From Oligoflexia bacterium (GTDB lineage Bacteria; Bdellovibrionota; UBA1018): a stretch of 42,066 nucleotides of DNA. The notes below the pieces were generated by a model. It was not told where the DNA came from. It was given only the letters and a program-made list of their open reading frames with translations, and ran no database searches. The translations under genes were made by a program, and so were the position numbers. Shown piece by piece: positions 25,881 to 34,653 of this stretch; position 1 is the stretch's first letter, and each line of letters starts with the position of its first letter. Where the stretch lies: NCBI GenBank assembly GCA_023700925.1, contig JAMPXZ010000003.1, positions 1 to 42,066 on the forward strand, read 5' to 3'.

Positions 25881-26010
25881 TATTTTTCATCCTAAGCCGC
25901 TTGAATTTTGTCAATGACTTCCACGGTTAACTATTTGATAAATCAATAGGTATGTAAAAATTCCCTGTCCAAGTCGTGGTCTCTGTCGAAACTTTTGACA
26001 CCGGAGTCGT

Positions 26011-27843
26011 GTGAATTTTTCCAAGCTCAAACGGGTTCTCCTCGGGCAGCCGCTCTCCAGTCACCTCGCGAGCCATGAGCGCATTCCGAAGTGGAAAGCG
26101 CTCGCCGTGCTTTCGTCGGATGCGCTGTCGTCAGTGGCCTATGCGACCGAGGAAATCCTCATTCCTCTCGCAATCGTAGGCCTGGCCGCGCTGGCGTACT
26201 CCCTCCCGGTTTCCCTGGCGATCGTGGCGTTGATCATTATCGTTACGATCTCTTACCGGCAGACGATTGATGCCTATCCGGGCGGTAGCGGCGCGTATTT
26301 CGTCGTGAAGGAGAACCTTGGGGTCCGGGCGGGCCTGGTGGCCGGGGCTTCGCTCATGATTGACTACACCCTCACGGTTGCCGTCTCGGTAGCCGCCGGA
26401 GTGGAGAACATCGCGTCGGCGGTTCCGTTCTTTCAGGGCCATAAAGAGGTCCTCGGGGCGGCGGTGATCGTGGTGATCATGCTCTTTAATCTTCGGGGGA
26501 CCAAGGAGTCGGCCTCCCTCTTCGCGCTGCCGACCTACCTGTTCCTACTGTCGTTCCTTATCCTCATCGGCGCGGGTGCCTGGAAGCTGCTCGCTGGCGA
26601 GATCCCGCCCGCCGCGCCGCTGATCCATGAGACTTACCCCGCGATTCCGCTCTTTCTCCTGCTTCGGGCTTTTTCCTCGGGCTGCACGGCGCTCACGGGA
26701 ATCGAGGCGATCTCCGATGGCGTCTCGCTCTTTCAGCATCCGGCGCACAAGAACGCCAAGACGACGCTCGTGTGGATGAGCGTGATCCTAGTCGCGCTCT
26801 TTCTCGGGATCACGACGCTCGCCCACGTCTATGGCGTCGTGCCGGCCGAGCAGGAGACCGCCGTCTCGGTCCTCGCGCGCAAGGTCTTCGGTGATACCTT
26901 CCTCTATTACGCCCTTCAGGGCTCGACCGCGTTGATTCTGCTTCTGGCGGCCAATACCGCGTACTCGGATTTTCCGAGGCTGTCGTCGTTTCTGGCGAAG
27001 GATCGCTTCCTGCCCCGCCAGCTCGCGAGTCTTGGCGACCGGCTGGTTTTTTCCAACGGCATCCTCGGCCTCAGCTTGACGGCGATCTTCCTGCTCTTCG
27101 TCTTCCAGGGCGATACGCATCGGTTGATCCCGCTCTATGCGATCGGCGTTTTCCTCTCGTTCACGCTCTCGCAGGCCGGAATGGTCCGCCACCACCTGCG
27201 CAGGCGCGGCCCGCGGTGGCTCGGCTCGTTCTTCTTCAATTTTCTAGGCGCGTTCACGACGCTGGTCGTGCTGGTCGTCGTCGCGACGACCAAGTTCCTG
27301 GCCGGCGCGTGGATCGTGATCCTGCTGATCCCGCTCTGCGTATTCGTGTTTTTGCGGATTCGGGAGCATTACGAGCAGGTCGGGCGCGAGCTGACCTTGA
27401 GCGAGCGCAAGCCGCCGCCGCGGCTCGAAGCGGTCAGGCACGCGGTGATCGTCCCGATCTCCGGCCTGCATCGCGGGGTGATCGATGCGCTTCGCTACGC
27501 GCTCTCGATCTCCCACGACGTGCGCGCGTGCTACGTGGAGCTGGACCCCGAGGCGACGGAACGGGTGAGGGGGCAGTGGAGACTCTGGGCGCCCCAGGTT
27601 CCCTTCATCGTTCTTCCATCGCCTTACCGTTCGGTGATCGAGCCGCTGCTCGAGTACATCGACGATGTGGAAAAAACCACGCCCGGCGAGATGCTTACGG
27701 TCGTGATTCCCGAGTTCGTGACGGCCAAGTGGTGGCAGCAGATGCTGCACAACCAGACCGCGTTCCTGATCCGCGCGGCGCTGATGTTCCGGCGCCGCCG
27801 GGTCGTGACGAGCGTGCGCTACCACCTCAAGGGCGATTGCTGA
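26011..27843 (+). CDS. kimA: APC-family transporter, KimA/YdaO-like K+ importer
   Basis: KRVLLGQPL, LAVLSSDALSSVAYATE, YPGGSGAY, GCTALTGIEAISDGV, C-terminal SPYRS, PEF, LHNQTA. Confidence 0.82.
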   Translation: MNFSKLKRVLLGQPLSSHLASHERIPKWKALAVLSSDALSSVAYATEEILIPLAIVGLAALAYSLPVSLAIVALIIIVTISYRQTIDAYPGGSGAYFVVKENLGVRAGLVAGASLMIDYTLTVAVSVAAGVENIASAVPFFQGHKEVLGAAVIVVIMLFNLRGTKESASLFALPTYLFLLSFLILIGAGAWKLLAGEIPPAAPLIHETYPAIPLFLLLRAFSSGCTALTGIEAISDGVSLFQHPAHKNAKTTLVWMSVILVALFLGITTLAHVYGVVPAEQETAVSVLARKVFGDTFLYYALQGSTALILLLAANTAYSDFPRLSSFLAKDRFLPRQLASLGDRLVFSNGILGLSLTAIFLLFVFQGDTHRLIPLYAIGVFLSFTLSQAGMVRHHLRRRGPRWLGSFFFNFLGAFTTLVVLVVVATTKFLAGAWIVILLIPLCVFVFLRIREHYEQVGRELTLSERKPPPRLEAVRHAVIVPISGLHRGVIDALRYALSISHDVRACYVELDPEATERVRGQWRLWAPQVPFIVLPSPYRSVIEPLLEYIDDVEKTTPGEMLTVVIPEFVTAKWWQQMLHNQTAFLIRAALMFRRRRVVTSVRYHLKGDC

Positions 27844-27852
27844 CGCCGCTGA

Positions 27853-28374
27853 TTAGAAGGAGCACTCCTGCCGGAGGATCGTCATCAGGCCCGGGACTGA
27901 CGGGCTTGAGTTCAGGTTGTCCTGCAGCTCGCTTTCCTTGGTGAGGAGGGGGACCTGGGTGGTCTTGCCCTGCTCGTCGCGGGCGTAGCCCATGATGATC
28001 AGATCAGTCATCGAATCGCGCATCCCGACGACGAGACGCGTGGGATACCGGCGAGCCTCGGAGAGCTGCTGCCCGATGAAGCGAAACGCTTCGGGAGCGA
28101 GGCGGGAGTCGCGTTCGCGCGTCGTCCACGGAACGACCGGAATGCCGATGATCGCGCCCACGCCCTTGGCGACCCCATGGCCGAACTCGATGGTCCCGTC
28201 GGAAAGGAGCCGGCAGAGGCTCGAAGCCACGAGGTGATCGCCTTCCAGGGCCCCGGAGACCAGGCGCTGCTCGAAGCGCTCGAGAATCGGATAGCGCTCC
28301 GCCGGAGCATCAGCTCCGAACGCGGGGGGGGAGACCAAGGCGGAAATGAACAACAGGGGGAGTATGAACTTCAT
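27853..28374 (-). CDS. Hypothetical secreted protein
   Basis: Signal peptide MKFILPLLFISALVSPPAFG; two Cys. Confidence 0.65.
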   Translation of the reverse strand: MKFILPLLFISALVSPPAFGADAPAERYPILERFEQRLVSGALEGDHLVASSLCRLLSDGTIEFGHGVAKGVGAIIGIPVVPWTTRERDSRLAPEAFRFIGQQLSEARRYPTRLVVGMRDSMTDLIIMGYARDEQGKTTQVPLLTKESELQDNLNSSPSVPGLMTILRQECSF

Positions 28375-28483
28375 GGGTGCACCGTATATTCGCATTTAAA
28401 TCACGCGTCAAACCACGGGGCCGTGGATCTCAAAGGAGCCGGAATCCGGAACCACTGCGGGCGGACGGGCATACTTCCTCGGA

Positions 28484-29386
28484 TCAGTTCAGAAGCGAGA
28501 TCCGGGTGACGGCAAAGAGCAGGAGGGCGGCGGCGACCGCCTGGATGGGGTCCAGGGGCGTCTGCAGGACGACCGTGTTCACGATCACGGCCGTGATGGG
28601 ATAGAGCAGCTCCACGAAGGTGGCGATGCTCGCGGTGGCGCGGGAGAGCCCTCCGTAGTAGCAGACCATGGCGAGAAGACCGGAGATGAAGCTCAGATAA
28701 GCGAAGCTGAGGACCATGCCTTCGGATTGGACGACCGCGAGGGGAATGCCCTGGCCCGACCGGACCATGAGGACCGCGAGGGTGGCGAGTCCGAAGGTGT
28801 ACCGCCAGAACGTCAGGACGGGCGCGTGACTGCGGTTGAGCAGCGCCTTGCCGGCGACGGTGGACGAGGCCCAGATGGCCGCTGCCCCGAGCGCGAAGAC
28901 GACCCCGCGCGAATGGACATCAAGACCTTTGCGGATGAAGGAGAAATCCAGGGTCGGGAAGCTCAGCACCGTCCCGGCTCCGAGCGCGAGCACTGCCCAG
29001 CCGTAGAAGCCGGCCTTGGGGCGCTCACCGAGGAAGAGCAGCGCGAGCAGCATGACCAGGACCGGCTGGAGCTTCTGAAGCAGGATCGCCACCGACGGAT
29101 TGACGTAACGGAAACTCGCCGTGAACAGCAACGTCGCGCCCGCCGAGGCCCCCGCGCCGATCAGCACGAGGCCGAGCCAGCCGCGGGCCGAAAATTTGAA
29201 GAGTCCCCGGGGCCGTTTGACCCAGGCCCAGAGGAGCAGCGCGATCGTCGCGAAAACGTGCTCGAGAAAGACGATCGAGACGGTGTCGAGCTTCTGGAGC
29301 ATCGGATAGCGGAAAGGGGCGTCCGTCGCCCAGAGGACCGCGGCAAAAGCGATGAGGCCGGGACCGAGAAGCGGATTGGCGCGCAT
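28484..29386 (-). CDS. DMT/EamA family transporter
   Basis: About 10 TM; LLQKLQP, LFLGE, ELLYP motifs; 1 bp after trmFO. Confidence 0.88.
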   Translation of the reverse strand: MRANPLLGPGLIAFAAVLWATDAPFRYPMLQKLDTVSIVFLEHVFATIALLLWAWVKRPRGLFKFSARGWLGLVLIGAGASAGATLLFTASFRYVNPSVAILLQKLQPVLVMLLALLFLGERPKAGFYGWAVLALGAGTVLSFPTLDFSFIRKGLDVHSRGVVFALGAAAIWASSTVAGKALLNRSHAPVLTFWRYTFGLATLAVLMVRSGQGIPLAVVQSEGMVLSFAYLSFISGLLAMVCYYGGLSRATASIATFVELLYPITAVIVNTVVLQTPLDPIQAVAAALLLFAVTRISLLN

Positions 29387-29387
29387 G

Positions 29388-30797
29388 TCAGAGCCCTTCG
29401 CTCGCGGAGGATTCCGCAGCCGGCGCCGCGGTAACCCGGGCGCCCGCGGCCTCCTGCCACCAGCGGTTGAAGGTCTCCGCCGCCTGTTGGGCCATGGCCT
29501 CGCGGGCCGCTTCGCGCTTCATCCCGGCGACGTCATCGAAGAGCGCGGGATCGAAGAGGCCGAAGTGCATGTTGCCGGGCTGGTAGTTCTTGGGCTCCGA
29601 GGCGGTCACGTGCCGGAGCAGGGCGCCGAGCGCGGTGTTCGCGGGGGGCGCCTCATGCGGCAGCCCGGCGAGGCGCTGCGAGACGAAGAGCGCCGCGAGC
29701 AGGCCACCCGCCGCTGACTCGACGTAGCCCTCGACGCCGGTGAGCTGGCCCGCGACGTAGACCGTCGGATGCCCTTTGAGCGAGAGGTCCGAGCGCAGGG
29801 CTTTCGGGCCGCAAAGATAGGTGTTGCGATGGATGGAGCCCAGGCGGAGGAACTCCGCGTTGCGCAGGGCGGGGATCAGGCGAAGCACCCGCGACTGCTC
29901 GCCGAACTTCAGCTTCGTCTGGAAGCCCACGAGATTGTACGCGGTGCGGGCGCGGTTCTCGGGCCTGAGCTGCACGACCGCGTGGGGCCGCGCTCCGGTC
30001 CGCGGATCGGTGAGTCCCACGGGCTTCATCGGGCCGAAGCGCAGGCTTTCTCGGCCCGTAGCGACGATCGCCTCGATGGGCTGGCAGCCCTGGAAGAACT
30101 TCTCCTTCTCGAAGGCGCGGGCGGGTACCTTCTCGGCCGTGAGGAGCGCATCGATGAAGGCGTTGTACTCCGGCTCGCTCATCGGGCAGTTGAGGTAGGC
30201 CTTCTCCTCGCCTTTGTCGTAGCGGTTGGCGAGAAAGGCGTGGCTCTGATCGATGCTCGAGGCGTCGACGATGGGGGCGATGGCGTCGTAGAAGTAAAGG
30301 TCGTCGCTGCCGGTGGCCCTGGCGAGCCACTGGCTCAGGGGTTCGGAGGTGAGCGGGCCCGTGGCGAGGACGGTGATCGCGCCGGCAGGCGGTGCCACGA
30401 TCTCCTCGTTCTGAAGGGTGATGTTCGGATGCGTGCGCAGGGTGCGGGTCACGTGTTCGGCAAAAAGCTCGCGGTCCACCGCCAGCGCCTCTCCGCCGGG
30501 CACGGAGTGGGCTCCCGCCGCGCGGAGCACGAGCGAGCCCATCCGGGTCATCTCGGTTTTGAGCATGCCGGGAGCGGAAACCGGCGAGCGCGACTTGAGC
30601 GAGTTGCTGCAAACGAGCTCGGCGCAGCGATCGGTGGAATGCGCCGGCGTCATCTTCGTCGGGCGCATCTCATGAAGGATGATCCGGACGCCGCGCTCGG
30701 CGAGGAAGTAAGCGGCCTCACTGCCAGCCAGACCGGCGCCGACCACATGAACGGATGGGGCGTCAGTGAGGGTGCGCGAGCTCCGCTGGTTTGACAT
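29388..30797 (-). CDS. trmFO: FAD/folate-dependent tRNA m5U54 methyltransferase
   Basis: GAGLAGSEAA, ELVCSNS, FYDAIAP, FGPMKPVGL, VGFQT, HRNTY, GQLTGVEGY. Confidence 0.96.
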   Translation of the reverse strand: MSNQRSSRTLTDAPSVHVVGAGLAGSEAAYFLAERGVRIILHEMRPTKMTPAHSTDRCAELVCSNSLKSRSPVSAPGMLKTEMTRMGSLVLRAAGAHSVPGGEALAVDRELFAEHVTRTLRTHPNITLQNEEIVAPPAGAITVLATGPLTSEPLSQWLARATGSDDLYFYDAIAPIVDASSIDQSHAFLANRYDKGEEKAYLNCPMSEPEYNAFIDALLTAEKVPARAFEKEKFFQGCQPIEAIVATGRESLRFGPMKPVGLTDPRTGARPHAVVQLRPENRARTAYNLVGFQTKLKFGEQSRVLRLIPALRNAEFLRLGSIHRNTYLCGPKALRSDLSLKGHPTVYVAGQLTGVEGYVESAAGGLLAALFVSQRLAGLPHEAPPANTALGALLRHVTASEPKNYQPGNMHFGLFDPALFDDVAGMKREAAREAMAQQAAETFNRWWQEAAGARVTAAPAAESSASEGL

Positions 30798-30844
30798 GCT
30801 GCCCCTTTATCATAGTAATCCGGTTCGTTACACTCAAAGAACGT

Positions 30845-31768
30845 ATGTTGCTTGAAGAGGCGATCGGAACCTTCCTTCACCATTTGGCGACCCAACGGTC
30901 CGCAAGCGTGCATACGGTGCGGGCCTATCAGTCCGATCTCGAACACTGGGCGTCCCATCTCAAGGCGCAAGCCGGCATCACCGAGCTGGGTCAGCTCGAA
31001 GAGCGGCTGGAACCGCGCGAGGTCCGCGCTTACCTTGCCGGGCTTCATGATGATCACGAGCGGACGTCGATCTGCCGGCGCCTTTCGGCGATCCGGTCGT
31101 TCCTGAGGTTCGCGCGCGGGCGGGAATGGTTGAGCCGGGACATCGGACGCCTCGTGCCCTCGCCCAAGGCGAAACGGACGTTGCCGCGTTTTCTCAAGGT
31201 CGAGGAGGCGCTGGAGCTGGTGACGGCGCCGGATCTGGCGACCCGGCTCGGGCGCAGGGATCGGGCGCTTTTTGAGGTGCTTTACGGCTGCGGGCTGCGC
31301 GTGAGCGAGGCGGTCGGCCTGAACGTTGCCGATGTGCAGCTCGAGCAGGGGTGGGTGCGGGTGATCGGCAAAGGCGACAAGGAGCGTGCCGTGCCGTTCG
31401 GCTCCCCGGCGCGGGCGGCGCTGGAGGCTTATCTCGCGGATCTCAGCGGGAAGCCCGAGGCCACTGCGCCACTTTTCGTGAATTTTCGCGGAACCCGGCT
31501 CAGCTCCCGGAGCGTGGCCCGGATTCTGGTCAAGCATCTGGTCCGGATCGCCGCGTCCAAGACGCTCTCGCCCCATGGGCTGCGGCACAGCTTCGCGACC
31601 CACCTGCTGGCCGCTGGAGCGGATCTTCGGACGATTCAGGAGCTGCTGGGGCACTCGCGACTCTCCACGACCCAGCGCTACACGCATGTGGACCTCGGGG
31701 CGCTGATGGATGAGTATCGGACCGCTCATCCCTTGAATGGTTCGCAAAAACGCGGGACAAAAGGGTAG
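30845..31768 (+). CDS. xerC: Tyrosine recombinase XerC
   Basis: RDRA, YGCGLRVSE, GKGDKER, HGLRHSFATHLL, LLGH, TTQRYTHV; adjacent to trmFO. Confidence 0.9.
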   Translation: MLLEEAIGTFLHHLATQRSASVHTVRAYQSDLEHWASHLKAQAGITELGQLEERLEPREVRAYLAGLHDDHERTSICRRLSAIRSFLRFARGREWLSRDIGRLVPSPKAKRTLPRFLKVEEALELVTAPDLATRLGRRDRALFEVLYGCGLRVSEAVGLNVADVQLEQGWVRVIGKGDKERAVPFGSPARAALEAYLADLSGKPEATAPLFVNFRGTRLSSRSVARILVKHLVRIAASKTLSPHGLRHSFATHLLAAGADLRTIQELLGHSRLSTTQRYTHVDLGALMDEYRTAHPLNGSQKRGTKG

Positions 31769-31832
31769 GATAGGACTGCGAAAATAGTTCGTGCGCGGCA
31801 TGCCGCCGGGCTGTTAAGGGTATTCATCAAGC

Positions 31833-32465
31833 ATGGAAAAGCTCGTCGACTTTCTCCTGAACTTCTACGGACCCACGCCGTACTTCGTCATCTTCGGCAT
31901 CCTGCTGGCCTGCGGGCTCGGCCTGCCGATACCGGAGGACATCACGCTTTTCGCGGCGGGCCTGCTTTCGTATTACGGGCTCACCGACGTCTGGACGATG
32001 ATCATCGTCTGCCTGGTCGGCGTCATGGTGGGCGACAGCCTGATCTTCATGCTGGGCGCGGTTTACGGGCGCAAGCTGACCAAGAAGTGGTTTTTCCACA
32101 AGCTCCTGCCCGATGACCGGCTCGAGCTCGTCAAGAAGCAGTTTCACGATCGCGGAACGAAGCTGATCTTTTTCGCGCGGTTCATGCCGGGCCTGCGGGC
32201 ACCGATCTTCTTTTCGGCGGGGACGCTGCATCTGCCGTATCGGGTCTTTTTCTTTTATGACGGCGGCGCCGCGCTCCTCAGTGTTCCGGCGATCGTCGGG
32301 GCGGTCTACTACTTCGGCGACCAGCTCGATCGGGTCGTGAAGATCATTCAACGGGTGGAGCACGGGATCGTGCTGGTGGTGATCGCTGTCGTGCTGGCGG
32401 TCGCCGCTAAATGGTATCTGGGGCACCGAAAATCAGCTAAGCTGAGGAATGCCGGCTCAGGTTGA
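31833..32465 (+). CDS. dedA: DedA family membrane protein
   Basis: GLPIPED, GD...F..G, ARFMPGLR motifs. Confidence 0.9.
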   Translation: MEKLVDFLLNFYGPTPYFVIFGILLACGLGLPIPEDITLFAAGLLSYYGLTDVWTMIIVCLVGVMVGDSLIFMLGAVYGRKLTKKWFFHKLLPDDRLELVKKQFHDRGTKLIFFARFMPGLRAPIFFSAGTLHLPYRVFFFYDGGAALLSVPAIVGAVYYFGDQLDRVVKIIQRVEHGIVLVVIAVVLAVAAKWYLGHRKSAKLRNAGSG

Positions 32466-32479
32466 GCGGGCTTACCGAT

Positions 32480-33511
32480 ATGAGAGCGGGCGTCTTTTTC
32501 CTTTTCTGCAGCTTGTTCCTGGTCTCGCCGGCGGGAGCCGAATCCGCGCCGGGCAACCTTCTACGAGAGCCTCCCTTGATCGAGATGCCGGAGCTGAGCT
32601 CCGAGCGCTCCCAGGAGCTCGAGGGGAAATGGTGCCAGGAAATGATCGGCGCCGTCAGGCGCATCGGCTGGAAGATCGATCCCTGCAAGGACGTGAAGTG
32701 GCAGGTGGGGGGCTTTTCGGTCCGGGGCAGGCCGCTCGTCTACGCCGAGTTCGGCGATCCCGAGGCCGAGAATACCACGCTGGTCATCTCGGGAGTGCAC
32801 GGGGATGAGCTCACCCCGCAGTACGTCGGCTTCAAGCTCGTGGAGTGGCTGATCCAGAACCGTTCGGATCTCGGAAAGACCCGCGTCGTCGTCGCGCCCA
32901 TGGTGAATCCCGATGGCTTCCTCGCGAGGCGCCGGACCCGGGTCAACGCCAACGGGGTCGACGTCAACCGCAACTTCGATACGAAGGACTGGAGAGATCG
33001 CGCGCTGAAATCCTGGAAGCGGCGTTATCGCTCCGATCCGCGGCGCTTCCCGGGCTTCAAGCCGGGTTCGGAGCCCGAGACCATTTTTCAGGAGCGGCTG
33101 GTCCAGGCGACCCGTCCGCAGAAGATCCTCTCGATCCATTCTCCGCTGAACTTTCTTGATTACGACGGCCCGACGACGTTGTCGCTGGCGAAGTTCCCGA
33201 AGGAGTACGTCCACGAGTGCCTGCGCCTTCGTTCGCGCCTGAAGGCGATTTCCGGCGGATTTTATCCCGGCTCTCTCGGCAACTTCGCCGGGCAGGAGCT
33301 GGGGATCCCGACGCTGACCTTGGAGCTTCCGACGGCTGATCCGCGCAAGGCCGAGCTGTACTGGAAGCGCTTCAGCCAGGGGATCCGGATCATGATCGAG
33401 TTCTCGATGCCGAAGTATTCGGCGATCCCGCTCGACCCCGCTGAGCGGCGCGCGCCGGCGGTGAAGGCGGCCGAGGGCGTCGGCCCGAGCGGCACGCCCG
33501 GCAGCGGATGA
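32480..33511 (+). CDS. M14 zinc carboxypeptidase, murein tripeptide amidase MpaA-like, with signal peptide
   Basis: GVHGDE, NPDG, R.NANGVDVNRNF, SEPET, SIHSPL, PGSLG, TLELP. Confidence 0.85.
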   Translation: MRAGVFFLFCSLFLVSPAGAESAPGNLLREPPLIEMPELSSERSQELEGKWCQEMIGAVRRIGWKIDPCKDVKWQVGGFSVRGRPLVYAEFGDPEAENTTLVISGVHGDELTPQYVGFKLVEWLIQNRSDLGKTRVVVAPMVNPDGFLARRRTRVNANGVDVNRNFDTKDWRDRALKSWKRRYRSDPRRFPGFKPGSEPETIFQERLVQATRPQKILSIHSPLNFLDYDGPTTLSLAKFPKEYVHECLRLRSRLKAISGGFYPGSLGNFAGQELGIPTLTLELPTADPRKAELYWKRFSQGIRIMIEFSMPKYSAIPLDPAERRAPAVKAAEGVGPSGTPGSG

Positions 33512-34653
33512 GCGAAGCGGTTCCCGTCCTCGAGCCCGGCTGCGTGGCCGACTGTCCGGGGTGCAAGTTCCGCGCGCTTAACGCCGGCGAAAGCGATGCA
33601 CGCAAGCAGGACTGGCTCTTGAATCGCCTGGCTCCCTGGGCGGATCGCGTCGGAGCGCTGCGGGCGTCGCCTATCCGATGGGGCTATCGCGAACGCGCCA
33701 CCCTGCGAGCGGAGTGGGCCGGCGACTCCTGGAAGCTCGGGCTGCGGGTGACCAGCCGCGAGGATCCCAAGGGGACGGTGATCGCGATTCCCGAGTGTCC
33801 GGTTCATTCGCCGCGGATTCGCGCGCTGATGGAGCTTCTTTCGCGGAGCCTGCCCGGGCCGGAGCGGCTGCCGCTCGTCTTTGTTTCGGTTTCGGGTTCG
33901 CTCCTGACCCTGGTGGTGAAAGCCAGGGAGGCAGAGCTTGATTTGGCCGCGCTGGGCTTTGGCGAGGCCGGCGCGACGGGCTTGGCAAAGCTGGGCGTTA
34001 CCGGCGTCTTCGTGAACTTCAGCCCCGCGGCGGGGCAACGCGTGTTCTCCAGCCGCGGTTGGCGGCAGCTTTGGGGTGAGCCGCGAGGGCGTCTTGAGCT
34101 CGGCGCCTTGGGCGCGTTTGAGTACGGGCCGGACAGCTTTCAGCAGCTGATTCCGTCCCTTTTCCTGCGGGCAATGGAGGAAGCGCGGGCGTTTCTCGCG
34201 CCGGCTCCGACGGATGCGGTGATCGACCTTTGCTCGGGTCTCGGGGTGTCGCTTCGCCTGTGGAAGCAAAGCGGCGCGCGGACCTTGGGCGTGGAGCTGG
34301 GCGGAGAGGCCGCGGGGCTTGCCGAGCGCAATGCGGGAGCGGGAAGCTGCTTGCGCGGGCGCTGCTCGGAGCGGCTTCCGCAGCTGGACCAGTGGCTGCA
34401 GGAGCGAGAAGGGGCGGGCCGGGTCCTGCTCTTTGCCAACCCGCCGAGGCTCGGGCTCGAGCCCGAGGTGAGGCGCTGGATCGCCGAGCGGGCGAGGCCC
34501 GCGCGGCTTGCCTACCTCTCGTGCAGCGCCGGAACGCTGAGCCGGGATCTATCGGATCTCGAAAAGGCGGGATATGCTGTGCGCAGGATCACCCCGTATG
34601 ACTTCTTTCCTCAGACCCATCATGTCGAAACTCTCGCGCTCCTGGAGCATTAA
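33508..34653 (+). CDS. RlmD/TrmA-family RNA m5U methyltransferase (no TRAM domain)
   Basis: CxxxCPGC plus ECP Fe-S cysteines, SFQQ, DLCSGLG, NPPRLG, YLSC, DFFPQTHHVE. Confidence 0.85.
   Translation: MSEAVPVLEPGCVADCPGCKFRALNAGESDARKQDWLLNRLAPWADRVGALRASPIRWGYRERATLRAEWAGDSWKLGLRVTSREDPKGTVIAIPECPVHSPRIRALMELLSRSLPGPERLPLVFVSVSGSLLTLVVKAREAELDLAALGFGEAGATGLAKLGVTGVFVNFSPAAGQRVFSSRGWRQLWGEPRGRLELGALGAFEYGPDSFQQLIPSLFLRAMEEARAFLAPAPTDAVIDLCSGLGVSLRLWKQSGARTLGVELGGEAAGLAERNAGAGSCLRGRCSERLPQLDQWLQEREGAGRVLLFANPPRLGLEPEVRRWIAERARPARLAYLSCSAGTLSRDLSDLEKAGYAVRRITPYDFFPQTHHVETLALLEH

Noticed and set aside
25900-26010. c-di-AMP riboswitch upstream of kimA
   Set aside because: Region is short and AT-rich and lacks the GCUGAA..GGAAC..GGGG..GAAU core.
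30845-31768. Prophage or island integrase
   Set aside because: Size, motifs and trmFO adjacency fit housekeeping XerC; no att repeats, tRNA or phage genes.
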